A stretch of 64,000 nt of DNA from Sphingomicrobium sp. Its GTDB lineage: Bacteria > Pseudomonadota > Alphaproteobacteria > Sphingomonadales > Sphingomonadaceae. Both the position numbers and the translations under genes were made by a program. Shown here piece after piece: positions 27,855 through 37,395 of the stretch. The DNA lies in NCBI GenBank assembly GCA_036273215.1, contig DASUIC010000067.1, positions 2,897 through 66,896 of the forward strand, in the 5' to 3' direction. The notes below the pieces were generated by a model, which was given only the letters and a program-made list of their open reading frames with translations, had not been told where the DNA came from and made no database searches. How positions within the stretch are numbered: position 1 is the stretch's first letter; each line of letters starts with the position of its first letter.

Positions 27855-30266
27855 TTATTCGGCGGACTGAATCTCGGGGCGTCCGGTCTTCTGCATGCCC
27901 TTTCCGCTAGGCTTCATCAGCTTCACGAGGAAGTCCCAGCACATGATCAGCGTGCCGATCGAGAAGACGACGTCGCCGGGCAGGCGCATCCACTGCCAGA
28001 ACCGCGTCTGGTCGTAGAAAGCCTGGCTGCGCGCCCAGGCGTAGCCGTGCTCATAGACCGCGTTGAGCTGTGGCCAACCGATCGGGAAGAAGTGGAGGAA
28101 GATCCACATCACGAGGCCCAGGTTGTAGCACCAGAAGGCAATCCGTCCGGGAGCCTCGCTGAACTTGGCATCCGGTCCGGCGCGGTAGCGCAGGCAGAAG
28201 TAGATCAGCCCGAGCGCGAGCAATCCAAAGGCGCCGAACAGCGAGGTGTGCGCGTGATTGAGCGTCAGGAAGGTGCCATGCTCGTAATAATTGACCAGCG
28301 GCGCATTGAGCGTGCCGCCGCCGAAGACGCCCGCGCCGACGAAATTCCAGAAGGCCGAGCCCAGGATGTAGAGGTAAGCCAGGCCGTAATCGAACGTTGC
28401 GGCGCCCTTGATGAGGCGGTGCTGCGAAATCGCTTCGAGGATCAGCAGCACAAGCGGGAGGACCTCGATGAACGAGAACATCGAGCCCAACGGCACCCAC
28501 ATGCTCGGGCCTCCGCCCCAGTAGAGGTGGTGTCCTGTCCCGAGCACCCCGCCAAGGAAGATCAGGATGAGCTCGAGATAGACCGATCGCTCGGCGAGCT
28601 TCCGCGATACCAGCCCGAGCGACATCAGCAAATAGGCGCTCATCGCCACCGCGAAGAACTCGAACGACTGCTCGACCCACAGGTGCACGACCCACCAGCG
28701 CCAGAAGTCGGTGATGGTGAACGACTTCTCGATGCCCGTCAGGGGGATCATTCCGAAGATATAAAGAACCGCGACATTGATGGTCGCTGCCCAGATCAGA
28801 TGCTCCAGCCGGATTTTCCCGGTCCAGAACTGCCTCGTTGCCTCGATCAGTGTGTCGCGGCTCGGCCACAGCGCCCGGAACATCAGGCCGCTCCAACTGA
28901 GCAGCGCGACGAAGAACAGGATTTGCCAGAAGCGGCCGAGCTCGATGTACGACAACCCCTGGTTGCCGAACCAGAACCACCCCTGGTGGATCACGCCCTG
29001 GATTCCGAGATAGTTGCCGAGGAGCGCAGCCGCGACGACGAACAAGGAGACCCAGAACAGGAGGTCGACGAGGAAGCCCTGACCTTTCGCCTCCCGCCCG
29101 TCCGCAATGGCAGGGGCGATGAACAGGCCGCTCGCGATCCAGCCGAGGCCGATCCAGATGATCGGCGCCTGGAGGTGGAAGCTCCTGAGGAAATTGTACG
29201 GCAGGATGTAGTTGAGCTGGACGCCGTAGAAGGTTTCCCGGTCGTAATAGGAGTGCGCCATGATCGCGCCTGCGCCCTGTTGGGCGAGGAAAATAAGCGC
29301 CACGATGATGAAATATTTGCCAGTCTTGACCTGGCTCGGGGTCAGCGCACGATAGGTCGCGAGGCCGGTCTCTCTCGGCGCATCGTCGGGATGATCGAGA
29401 TAGGCCCGGTAGAGCCACAGCACGAACCCCATCGCGAAGAAGGTGAAACAGAAGCTGATCCAGGTCCACTGGAAGGTGTTGGTCGTCGGCGTGTTGCCGA
29501 CGGAGGGCTCATACGGCCAGTTCTCGGTCCACGACGTGTTCGGATGGCCCGGTCGCCGCGCCACCGTCGTGATCGCGGAATAGATGATGAAATCCGCGGT
29601 CTGCGTGCGCAGCGCCGGGTCGAGGCTTTTCGCGGGAACCCAGCCCGCGGACAGGTTGACGGTATTGAGCTTGGTCGAGAGCTCGCCCTGAAGCTGGCGA
29701 ACGGCCTGGGCGACCGAATCCGGAAGAACGACCCTTTGTTGGGTTAGATCGATCCCCTGGAGCTGGTTCTGCATCAGCGCCGTGACCGCGGCATCGGAAA
29801 GCGCTTCGGCGGGCGAGGTCGCGGGCGGAGTCGTGTCCACCGATGGTGTTCCGGCGGGCCCGGTCGTCGCCAGCGACTTGTTGCCGGGCGCCTTGGTGTT
29901 CGGCGGCGTGACCGCGGTACCGGACAGGCCTTGCTTCGTGAGGACGCCAAGTCGGACCAGCGTCGAGGCGGTGTAATCCTCGCCGAAATAGGACCCCATT
30001 CCGTAGATGCTGCCGTAATCCATCAAGTCGGCCTTCTGAAAGCCTCCCTTGCCCGCGACGATGTCGTCGGCCGACATGATCACGTTGCCGGAGCTGTCGG
30101 TGAAAGCTTGCGGGTGCGGGGGCGCCTTTTCGTATGTCAGCACCGTCGCCCAGCCGAGAAGCGCAAAACAGATGATCGCGACGACCAGAAGAACCCATTT
30201 CAGAATGTCGCTGATGGGATCGACCGACGGTTTGGAGAGATCCCGCTGTTCTACGTGCGTTGCCAT
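27855..30266 (-). CDS. norB: Quinol-dependent nitric oxide reductase (qNOR)
   Basis: GSIYGMGSYFGEDYTA, NWPY, RSFHLQ, FGNQG..YIELGR, WWVVHLWVE, GTGHHLYW, NHAHTSLFG, WMRLPGD. Confidence 0.92.
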   Translation of the reverse strand: MATHVEQRDLSKPSVDPISDILKWVLLVVAIICFALLGWATVLTYEKAPPHPQAFTDSSGNVIMSADDIVAGKGGFQKADLMDYGSIYGMGSYFGEDYTASTLVRLGVLTKQGLSGTAVTPPNTKAPGNKSLATTGPAGTPSVDTTPPATSPAEALSDAAVTALMQNQLQGIDLTQQRVVLPDSVAQAVRQLQGELSTKLNTVNLSAGWVPAKSLDPALRTQTADFIIYSAITTVARRPGHPNTSWTENWPYEPSVGNTPTTNTFQWTWISFCFTFFAMGFVLWLYRAYLDHPDDAPRETGLATYRALTPSQVKTGKYFIIVALIFLAQQGAGAIMAHSYYDRETFYGVQLNYILPYNFLRSFHLQAPIIWIGLGWIASGLFIAPAIADGREAKGQGFLVDLLFWVSLFVVAAALLGNYLGIQGVIHQGWFWFGNQGLSYIELGRFWQILFFVALLSWSGLMFRALWPSRDTLIEATRQFWTGKIRLEHLIWAATINVAVLYIFGMIPLTGIEKSFTITDFWRWWVVHLWVEQSFEFFAVAMSAYLLMSLGLVSRKLAERSVYLELILIFLGGVLGTGHHLYWGGGPSMWVPLGSMFSFIEVLPLVLLILEAISQHRLIKGAATFDYGLAYLYILGSAFWNFVGAGVFGGGTLNAPLVNYYEHGTFLTLNHAHTSLFGAFGLLALGLIYFCLRYRAGPDAKFSEAPGRIAFWCYNLGLVMWIFLHFFPIGWPQLNAVYEHGYAWARSQAFYDQTRFWQWMRLPGDVVFSIGTLIMCWDFLVKLMKPSGKGMQKTGRPEIQSAE

Positions 30267-30323
30267 ATTTCGCCCCCCTGCTCGTCCAGCTGTATCGCCG
30301 GCTATTGCGTCACGTGGCCGCTG

Positions 30324-31010
30324 TCACGCGGCAAGCTTGGTCCCCGTCTCATGATAGGGCGATGGAGCGATCCTGGCGTGTTCCACAGGCAGGCCGCCGA
30401 GCTCGTTCGCGAAACCGTGGTTGACGTCGCGGTGGTGCGCCTCGTCGGCGCGAACCACCAGCACCACATCGCGCAAGGTCGCATCCTCCGGCAGGTTCCA
30501 GTAACGCCTCGCGATCTCCGGCGCGGGCACGTTGCTGCTGCGGCCCTCGTCGATTTCCTTGAGATAGAGTGTGTAGCTAAGCACCGCCTCTTCCTCGAAA
30601 TAGCCGACGATGCGGTGCGCGGTCTTCGACGAGATCAGGTAGAGTCCGAAGAAGGCGAGGTAGAAGACCCATTGCACGCCGAGGATCACGAGCCGCTCGA
30701 ACAAAGTCGGCTTCGCGACCTCGATGAAGGTCATCAGGTGCATGCGCTCATTCTCCGCCTCGTCCATGAGGGTGCGGATCCAGCCCTTGTCGTCGCACAT
30801 CCGGCGGAGGCACTTCAGGTGGTTGATCGTCGCACCGACCATTCCGGGCACCGCTGCCACCGTCTCGAGCACGATCGCGCGATGGCCGTAGCGCTTGGCG
30901 AAGAAGGTATCCGCGCAGAAGCGAAGCGCCTTGGTGAAGCCAAAGGCGATCCGGTCGGAAAGGCCCTTGGGATCATGATGTACGCTTAGGTCGACAATCG
31001 GAGCATTCAT
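30324..31010 (-). CDS. aox: Alternative (ubiquinol) oxidase
   Basis: [25 protein letters not shown]-equivalent [18 protein letters not shown]. Confidence 0.95.
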   Translation of the reverse strand: MNAPIVDLSVHHDPKGLSDRIAFGFTKALRFCADTFFAKRYGHRAIVLETVAAVPGMVGATINHLKCLRRMCDDKGWIRTLMDEAENERMHLMTFIEVAKPTLFERLVILGVQWVFYLAFFGLYLISSKTAHRIVGYFEEEAVLSYTLYLKEIDEGRSSNVPAPEIARRYWNLPEDATLRDVVLVVRADEAHHRDVNHGFANELGGLPVEHARIAPSPYHETGTKLAA

Positions 31011-31098
31011 TTCCTTCTCCATCGGTGGGTGAACCGCGCCGCCGGGATCTTGGCGAAGCGGAGGGGCGAGCTTTCCGGCGGCGCGAGACTGGAGACGT

Positions 31099-31521
31099 TC
31101 AAACGAGCGACGCGATGGTCGCGATCGCGATTCCAAAGCACAGGATTAGGAACGGCAGGAGCAGCACCAGGACGGTCGCCTCGGTCGCGGTCGCGCGTCC
31201 CGTGGCCGTCTGGATACCCTTGTACCGGAACACCGCCCAGCTGAGCGCTTTGGTGCGGCCCTCAGGCTTCATCTGCGGAAAGATCGCCGGGATCGCGAAA
31301 TAAGCGCCGAGGAACGCGAAGATCACGCCATAAGCGACGGCCATGTGACTGCCGCGGAAGGAAAAGGCCAGCACCGCGATAAAGCCGACGAACATGGTCG
31401 CCATCGCGACATAGAGGCGGCCGGGGAGCTCGAAGCTCTGGTCGTCGCACGCCCGCAGCGCGGGAGCCGCGACGATCTCGTCGCGGGCGATGAGGACTTC
31501 GGGTTTGTGGCGGGCGGTCAT
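31099..31521 (-). CDS. Small three-TM hypothetical protein
   Basis: 140 aa, RBS GGAG upstream, FELP and GI.TATG motifs, first gene before aox. Confidence 0.7.
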   Translation of the reverse strand: MTARHKPEVLIARDEIVAAPALRACDDQSFELPGRLYVAMATMFVGFIAVLAFSFRGSHMAVAYGVIFAFLGAYFAIPAIFPQMKPEGRTKALSWAVFRYKGIQTATGRATATEATVLVLLLPFLILCFGIAIATIASLV

Positions 31522-31580
31522 TGGTCACTCCATTCGGCAGGACGTCCGCTGAAATGGCCGTTGAGCAGGCGCCGAGTGAA

Positions 31581-31596
31581 TCCGTAATCCTACTTA
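31581..31596 (-). promoter_or_regulatory. Candidate FixJ-type box TAAGTAGGATTACGGA
   Basis: ~60 bp upstream of the membrane protein-aox-qNOR unit. Confidence 0.45.
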
Positions 31597-32220
31597 ACGC
31601 GGCGACTTGCCCTGCGCGGCGAAGGCGATTCGCAGTGCCTCGGACAGGCTCCTCACGCCGAGCTTGCTCATGAGGTTCGCGCGATGGATTTCGACCGTTC
31701 GCGGGCTGATCCCGAGGTCGTAAGCGATGGTCTTGTTGGGGAAGCCCCGAGCGAGTCCGTCGAGCACCTCGCGTTCGCGGGTCGTGAGCGCCTGGAGCCG
31801 CACCGCCGCCTCCTCCGCGCCGTCGACCTCCGCTGCCGATCGCTTGAGACGCTCGATCCCGTGCTCGATCGCCGCGAGGAGCACTGCTTTCTCGAACGGC
31901 TTCTCGATGAAGTCGACCGCGCCGGCCTTCATGGCCTGGACCGCAAGGCTGACATCGCCATGGCCGGTCATGATGATCACCGGGAGCGTGATTCCCTTGT
32001 CCCTCAGCGTCGCCTGCACTTCGAGCCCGTCCATTCCGGGCATGCGAATGTCGAGCAGGATGCAACCGTTCTCGAGGTGCGCCGCGGATTTCAGAAACTC
32101 GACCCCGCTCTCATAAGCGCGCACGTGGAAACCCGATGTCTTGAGCGCGAAGCCGACCGAGCGGCGGATCGCCTCGTCGTCGTCGACCAGGTGGACCAGG
32201 CGCAGCTCTTCGTCGCTCAT
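31594..32220 (-). CDS. fixJ: FixJ-family response regulator
   Basis: VDDDEAIR, LLDIRMPGMDG, TGHGDV, DFIEKP, LuxR HTH NKTIAYDLGISPRTVEIHRANLM. Confidence 0.92.
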   Translation of the reverse strand: MSDEELRLVHLVDDDEAIRRSVGFALKTSGFHVRAYESGVEFLKSAAHLENGCILLDIRMPGMDGLEVQATLRDKGITLPVIIMTGHGDVSLAVQAMKAGAVDFIEKPFEKAVLLAAIEHGIERLKRSAAEVDGAEEAAVRLQALTTREREVLDGLARGFPNKTIAYDLGISPRTVEIHRANLMSKLGVRSLSEALRIAFAAQGKSPR

Positions 32221-33350
32221 GTCTTCGCTTCTCCCGACGGCAAGGTGAAATGAAAGGCGGTGCCGCCGCTATGACACGGCTCGAACCAGATGCGTCCGCC
32301 GTGCGCCTGGACTATCGTACGGCAGATCGACAGGCCGATGCCCATGCCGCTCTGCTTGGAGGTGACGAACGGCTGGAACAATTGATCGGCGATGGTGTCG
32401 CTGATGCCGGAGCCCGTGTCCTCCACGGTGACGCGGGTCATGCCGTCTTCTCGGGAAGTGCGGATCGACAGCTTGCGGAGGGGGGCGTCGATCATCGCGT
32501 CGATTGCGTTGCGGATCAGGTTGACGAGCACCTGCTGAACCTGGATGCGGTCGACGAACACCAGGTCGGCCCGGGGATCGAGCGAGACCTGCACGTCGAT
32601 GCCGTGCTCGCGCGAACCCACCAGCGCCAGGGCATTCGCCTCGTTGATCAGGCGCTGAAGACTCTCGACCTGGCGCTCGGTCTCGCCATGGCTCATGAAA
32701 TCGCGAAGCCGGCGCACGATCTGCCCGGCGCGGATCGACTGCTTGGCCGCTTCGTCCAGCGCCTCGCGCAGCATCTCGAGCGTTTCGCCGTCGGGGCTGG
32801 TTTGCAGCAGGTCGCGCGCACTTTCGCAGTAGCTCGCCACGGCCGTCAGCGGCTGGTTGAGCTCATGGGCGAGCGATGAAGCGAGCGTCCCCATCTCGCT
32901 GACGCGTCCGACATGAGCGAGTTCGGATTGCAGGTCCTGGAGGCGAAGAAGGGTCTGCTGCCGCTCGGTCAGATCGCGGATGAAGCCGGTGAAGATCCGA
33001 TGGCCTCCGTTCCAGGCTTCGCCGACGGCGAGTTCGATCGGAAAGGTGTTGCCGTCGCGGTGGAGCGCGGTCGTGACCCGTCCCACGCCGATGATCTTGC
33101 GGACGCCGGTGGTCAGATAGTTGACCAGATATTGGTCGTGGCGCTCCCGGTCGGGCGATGGCATCAGCAGCTTGACGTTCTTTCCGACCACCTCGTCCTC
33201 CGAATAGCCGAACATCTTTTCGGCCGCCGCGCTGAACGACAGGATCAGGCCGGCCTCATCGATCACCACCATCGCATCAGGAACGGTGGCGAGGATCGAT
33301 CGGAGATGCGCTTCCGCCTCGAGCGGCCGTTCAGGAGACGACGGGTCCAT
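32217..33350 (-). CDS. fixL: Soluble FixL-type heme-PAS histidine kinase
   Basis: EAHLRSILATVPDAM, LMPSPDRERHDQYL (proximal His), IIGVGR, LAHELNQPL, GMGIGLSI. Confidence 0.92.
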   Translation of the reverse strand: MDPSSPERPLEAEAHLRSILATVPDAMVVIDEAGLILSFSAAAEKMFGYSEDEVVGKNVKLLMPSPDRERHDQYLVNYLTTGVRKIIGVGRVTTALHRDGNTFPIELAVGEAWNGGHRIFTGFIRDLTERQQTLLRLQDLQSELAHVGRVSEMGTLASSLAHELNQPLTAVASYCESARDLLQTSPDGETLEMLREALDEAAKQSIRAGQIVRRLRDFMSHGETERQVESLQRLINEANALALVGSREHGIDVQVSLDPRADLVFVDRIQVQQVLVNLIRNAIDAMIDAPLRKLSIRTSREDGMTRVTVEDTGSGISDTIADQLFQPFVTSKQSGMGIGLSICRTIVQAHGGRIWFEPCHSGGTAFHFTLPSGEAKT

Positions 33351-33408
33351 GAGCGGCCCCATAGCAATGCACGGCCGCAATGGCAGTCGGGATTGCGTGG
33401 TCCGTCCT

Positions 33409-33424
33409 TAGGGAAACTTACTTA
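33409..33424 (-). promoter_or_regulatory. Candidate FixJ-type box TAAGTAAGTTTCCCTA
   Basis: ~60 bp upstream of fixL; contains GTAAGTTTCCC, resembling the rhizobial FixJ site GTAGTTTCCC. Confidence 0.5.
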
Positions 33425-33460
33425 TCCAAGCTGCAGTCATTCATCGCTACCCGCCTGGAG

Positions 33461-33640
33461 ATGATGGATAATCTTGATCCCAGCGCTCCGGATGGAGAGG
33501 ATTCAAGCGCGGCGTCCGATCTCAAGCGGCGGCTCGCCCGGTACCGCCGGCGTGTTGAAGCGGAGGACCGTCCGCGCTCATTGAGGCTGATCGACCGAGC
33601 GATCGAGGATGCGGCCAGGAACGCAAAGGGTCCGGCCTGA
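33461..33640 (+). CDS. Small hypothetical protein divergent from fixL
   Basis: 59 aa, GGAG immediately upstream, amphipathic LKRRLARYRR..SLRLIDRAI. Confidence 0.4.
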   Translation: MMDNLDPSAPDGEDSSAASDLKRRLARYRRRVEAEDRPRSLRLIDRAIEDAARNAKGPA

Positions 33641-33796
33641 ACGAAGCGGCTCGCTTCGACAGCTGGCCGGGAGCGTCACGATCAGTGAAACGGATGCGGC
33701 CTGCACGTTCGCGTCCGCCCCCGGGGGCGAAGATATGGTGATCAGGATCACCGACTTTCGCGCTGATCTTCTGCATGAGCCGCCGCTCAGGTGCCC

Positions 33797-35035
33797 TCAG
33801 GCCTGTTCCCCCAGGCGCGGGCGCCACAGCACGGGCGCATAGGCAATCAGGAACAGAAGGAAGGCTCCGCCCCAGGCCAGGCCCGCGATGTCGATCCCCA
33901 TGTCATAATCGATCAGCTTCAACGACGCGGCGACGCGGAGGGCTGCGCCTGCTGTCACCAACAGATAGAGGACGACGGTCGCACCGTTCGCTTTCAGCTC
34001 GCGCGCGGTGTGGCCAAGGCTCGCCCGGGTCATGACGGCAAGAATCATGGTCGCCATCGCGCCGGCGGTGAGTGCATGGATCGCCGCACTTCGCGGCACC
34101 AGCCCGGTCAGGCTCAGTCCAAGGAGTCCGAGGCCGACGGGAATCCAGAAATAGCCGACATGGAGCACCAGCACGAGCGGATCGGCGACGGTGCGCCACC
34201 CCCTCCACCTCATCCAGCGGGCCGCCTGGAGTGCGGCGGCAGCAATGAGCACGAGCCCCGTCACCGTCCCGGGCGGACCGATGAGCCAGAACAGCAATGC
34301 GACTGCGGTTGCGCCAATGACGAACAGGTCGAACCGCCCCGGCTGGGCCGGAAGGCCCTGTTTCATTCCCCTCTTCACCATCCAGTTGCGCGTGAACGAC
34401 GGGATGATCCGCCCACCGATGAGCGAGATCAACAGAACGACGAGGGCGATTGCCAGCTGCCAGCCGAGGTCCGGCCACGGGATCGCGTTGGTGTTGGCGA
34501 GATAGTCGAGTGCGTCGGCCACGCCGAACAGCAGGATCATGCCGACAATGGGCGTGTTGCGGTTGTTGGCCTCGAGCACCTCGCGCGCGGCGAGCAGGCC
34601 CAGGACGAAGAAGAAGCCGACGTCGAGCAGGGCAGCGAGCCAGAGCGAGACTGTTCCCGAGAACAACACCGCCAGCCTCGCTGCCGCCCACAGGCTGAAC
34701 AGGCCCGCGAGCGGCCATCCGGCGATCGGCAGTCGCCCGGTCCAGTTGGGAACAGCAGTCAGAAGGAACCCTGCGATCACCGCCCCGACGAAACCGAATA
34801 GCATCTCGTGCCGATGCCAGGCGAGCGCCTCGAGCGCGGTTGGAAGATTGATTTCTCCGAGGAGCGAGCAGATCCACAGGCAAAGCGCAATGAGCGCCCA
34901 GGCGGCGCCGGCGAAGAAGAAGGGCCGGAAGCCGCCGCGGAAGAAAGGGTAGGAGGCAGCCATCCGCCGCCGCCGCAACGCGAGCATCTGCTCGCCGCGG
35001 GTCACGACCTTCGTGTCGCTCGATGTGTCAGGCAT
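33797..35035 (-). CDS. nnrS: NnrS family membrane protein
   Basis: GFRPFF, WHRHEMLFG, GFLLTAVPNWTG, GRIIPSFT, LHVGY, HALTAG, RASLGHT. Confidence 0.95.
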   Translation of the reverse strand: MPDTSSDTKVVTRGEQMLALRRRRMAASYPFFRGGFRPFFFAGAAWALIALCLWICSLLGEINLPTALEALAWHRHEMLFGFVGAVIAGFLLTAVPNWTGRLPIAGWPLAGLFSLWAAARLAVLFSGTVSLWLAALLDVGFFFVLGLLAAREVLEANNRNTPIVGMILLFGVADALDYLANTNAIPWPDLGWQLAIALVVLLISLIGGRIIPSFTRNWMVKRGMKQGLPAQPGRFDLFVIGATAVALLFWLIGPPGTVTGLVLIAAAALQAARWMRWRGWRTVADPLVLVLHVGYFWIPVGLGLLGLSLTGLVPRSAAIHALTAGAMATMILAVMTRASLGHTARELKANGATVVLYLLVTAGAALRVAASLKLIDYDMGIDIAGLAWGGAFLLFLIAYAPVLWRPRLGEQA

Positions 35036-35420
35036 GATGCCGCCCTACGCGAGTCGCGGCCGTCATCCCCATACGTAAAAACCGAAACGCCGTCCCGGCC
35101 GTGGAATAACTGCAGCCCGATCCCGGCCTTGTCGAACACCGCAGCCGTCGCCCGAGGTCTTGGCAAGGCGCAGGACTGCCGGGCGTACGGCGGCAAGTTC
35201 CGCCGAGATCGACAAATCGACGCCAAGGGCGTGAAACAGGTCGAGATAATCGCCGAGCAATGCTTAGGAAGCGCGGCCCACCGCAGAAGCGACGGAGGGA
35301 GATCGTGGCGCTCGCGGTCAAATCAGAGGATTTGCTCGAAAGCCTTGATAAAATTCGTTTGCCGACTGGCGGCAATCATGGTTCGCGAGCGAGGGAATCG
35401 GCGTCGCTTGGGAATTGTGG

Positions 35421-36101
35421 ATGAGGGCTCATCAGACGAGGGGATCGGAATCGCTCGATGCATTGCTTGCGAAGGTCAGCGCTTGCACCATTTGTGCCGG
35501 CGCACTGCCGCTCGGCCCGCGACCGATCCTGCAATTGTCGACCACCGCGACCATTCTCATCGCGAGCCAGGCGCCCGGGTCCAAGGTCCATCAGACGGGC
35601 GTCCCTTTCTCCGACGCATCCGGAGACAGGTTGCGAGAATGGACGGGCTTGTCGACCGATCTATTCTACGACGAAGCGAGGGTCGCCATCATGCCGATGG
35701 GCTTCTGTTATCCCGGTCGCTCGGCGGGCGGCGATGCTCCTCCGCGGACGGAATGCGCCCAGTTGTGGCGCGATCAACTCCTCCAATATCTCCCGGCGGT
35801 ACGCCTCACCTTGCTTGTCGGAAGCTACGCTCAACGGCATGTCCTTGGACCGGGAGCGATTGCGCCGCGGGTAAAAAACTTCCGCGATTACCTGCCCGAC
35901 TATTTCGTGCTTCCGCATCCGTCGTGGAGATCGAGATTGTGGGAAGAAGGGAACCCATGGTTCGCCGGAAATGTCCTTCCGGCACTTCGCACTGCGATCG
36001 GGCGGGCGCTTGCTGGAGATTCTCGGTCACGGCGTGTCATTCCGGTAAAGAGACTATCTTTGAAACTTCAGGAGCGGCCGCGGGCAGTCGAGAGCTCTTG
36101 A
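35421..36101 (+). CDS. Uracil-DNA glycosylase superfamily protein
   Basis: CTIC, SQAPG.KVH..G.PF.DASG.RLR.W, FCYPG, LPHPSWR. Confidence 0.85.
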   Translation: MRAHQTRGSESLDALLAKVSACTICAGALPLGPRPILQLSTTATILIASQAPGSKVHQTGVPFSDASGDRLREWTGLSTDLFYDEARVAIMPMGFCYPGRSAGGDAPPRTECAQLWRDQLLQYLPAVRLTLLVGSYAQRHVLGPGAIAPRVKNFRDYLPDYFVLPHPSWRSRLWEEGNPWFAGNVLPALRTAIGRALAGDSRSRRVIPVKRLSLKLQERPRAVESS

Positions 36102-36157
36102 AGAAGCTCGTTCCGACCTGCGGCCGCGCAAGCCAATCGCCGGGACCAGACTCCGGC

Positions 36158-36478
36158 TCATTTGGCATCGGTCCGATAGCCGGTGGGCCGGCGAGTTCGA
36201 ACCTCGGCTTCAGGGAACGGGCAGGGCGCAACCGCGCGGCGCGGCCTCCTGTCATATTCGGCCCCGAGGAGAGAGAAATTTTTTCCCTTCCCCTCTGCAA
36301 ACCACATCGTCTCGACTGCCTGTTCGGCACTGGGCCTGAGTGCCAGGTCCAGCTTCTTCTTGGTCCAGGCTGCGAGCCGTCCGCCAAGACGCTTGAGCCT
36401 GCTTCCCTCTTCAGAGGAGGGAGGATCCGGCGCATATCGACGCGCTCCCGAATAATCCATCTGGCTGCCCAGTTTCAT
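36158..36478 (-). CDS. Hypothetical protein
   Basis: 106 aa; strong RBS GAAGGAG 7 nt upstream of ATG; AT-rich upstream region. Confidence 0.45.
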   Translation of the reverse strand: MKLGSQMDYSGARRYAPDPPSSEEGSRLKRLGGRLAAWTKKKLDLALRPSAEQAVETMWFAEGKGKNFSLLGAEYDRRPRRAVAPCPFPEAEVRTRRPTGYRTDAK

Positions 36479-36729
36479 GTCCGATCTCCTTCAGCCCTGG
36501 AGCTTGGGGGTTCGGATGCTCCAGGAGCAATCCTTCACATGGGGATGCGGCAAACAACATGCAAACGAATATAATTGCCTCTTTCAAGCAAGAAAATGCA
36601 CGTTAAATTCGGGCTTTGCATGGCGAGGCTTTCGGAGGTTCCTTGGGGCAAATTGTGCCGGCAGGTGCGAGATCGCGAAGCCGCTCCTTTGCCTCAGGAG
36701 CGTGCCGCGGAACGAGGGCCTCTGGCCTG

Positions 36730-37335
36730 TCAGATCGCCTCTGCGCTCGGATGGAAGCGCTTGACGCGGCGAAGCGTATTCTTGTCGGTGTGGTGCATCT
36801 CTTCGCCCGTGGCAGCCAGTTTCAGCAGCAGGTCGGACGTGTAGCTGAGCGTTCCATCGTCATTGACCGTGAACTCGCTCTTGAAGTCGCGGATTTCCGC
36901 GCGCTCGAGGAGGTACTTGTTCTGAAGAACGCCGTAGCAGGGTTCGCCCGGCTTGGCGTCGAACCGCAGCACCTTGTCGTGCGGTTCCGCGGTGCTGCCT
37001 GCGAGGATCGCGATTCCGCGTCCGAACACGACGTTGCGCATGACCTGACGGTGGCCCTTGTCCCACAGGAGAAAGCCCACCTCGTCGTGAAACGGATCCA
37101 TCGCCTCCTCGCCGTGGCGCCAGGCGGTCATGTTGTAGATGAGCCCCCACAATACCTGTTGTCCGTTCTCCTGGACAGGGATCGGTTTGAATGAGGCCTT
37201 TTCGAAATAGGTCGTCTCGGTCGTCCAGTCGTCCTTGTTGTGGTACGAGCGGTCGACCCCGGAATCGCCTTCCCATTCGCCGACAAATGGCGTCAGCGGC
37301 CCCAATTTACGCGAATAAGGAACATCGTTCGGCAT
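36730..37335 (-). CDS. Heme-binding beta-barrel (nitrobindin/DUF1794-like) protein
   Basis: LGPL..FVGEWEG, PFHDEVG..LWD, C-terminal HHTDKNTL. Confidence 0.82.
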   Translation of the reverse strand: MPNDVPYSRKLGPLTPFVGEWEGDSGVDRSYHNKDDWTTETTYFEKASFKPIPVQENGQQVLWGLIYNMTAWRHGEEAMDPFHDEVGFLLWDKGHRQVMRNVVFGRGIAILAGSTAEPHDKVLRFDAKPGEPCYGVLQNKYLLERAEIRDFKSEFTVNDDGTLSYTSDLLLKLAATGEEMHHTDKNTLRRVKRFHPSAEAI

Positions 37336-37395
37336 CCTTGTAATCTCTCTTTCCATTCGTGACGGCGACCGCGGGGGCACAAACTGCGGACCAGC

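Noticed and set aside
27804-29747. Long antisense ORFs (also 9062-10402, 5781-7115, 34808-36574, 49445-50962)
   Set aside because: Shadow frames of real genes in high-GC DNA with no recognisable motifs
27855-30266. NO dismutase (Nod) instead of qNOR
   Set aside because: Both FeB histidines (GTGHH) and the quinol-site His/Asp are retained; no His->Asn change
35040-35400. Possible frameshifted gene remnant upstream of nnrS
   Set aside because: Protein-like patches on the minus strand, but no family recognisable by eye; needs BLASTX
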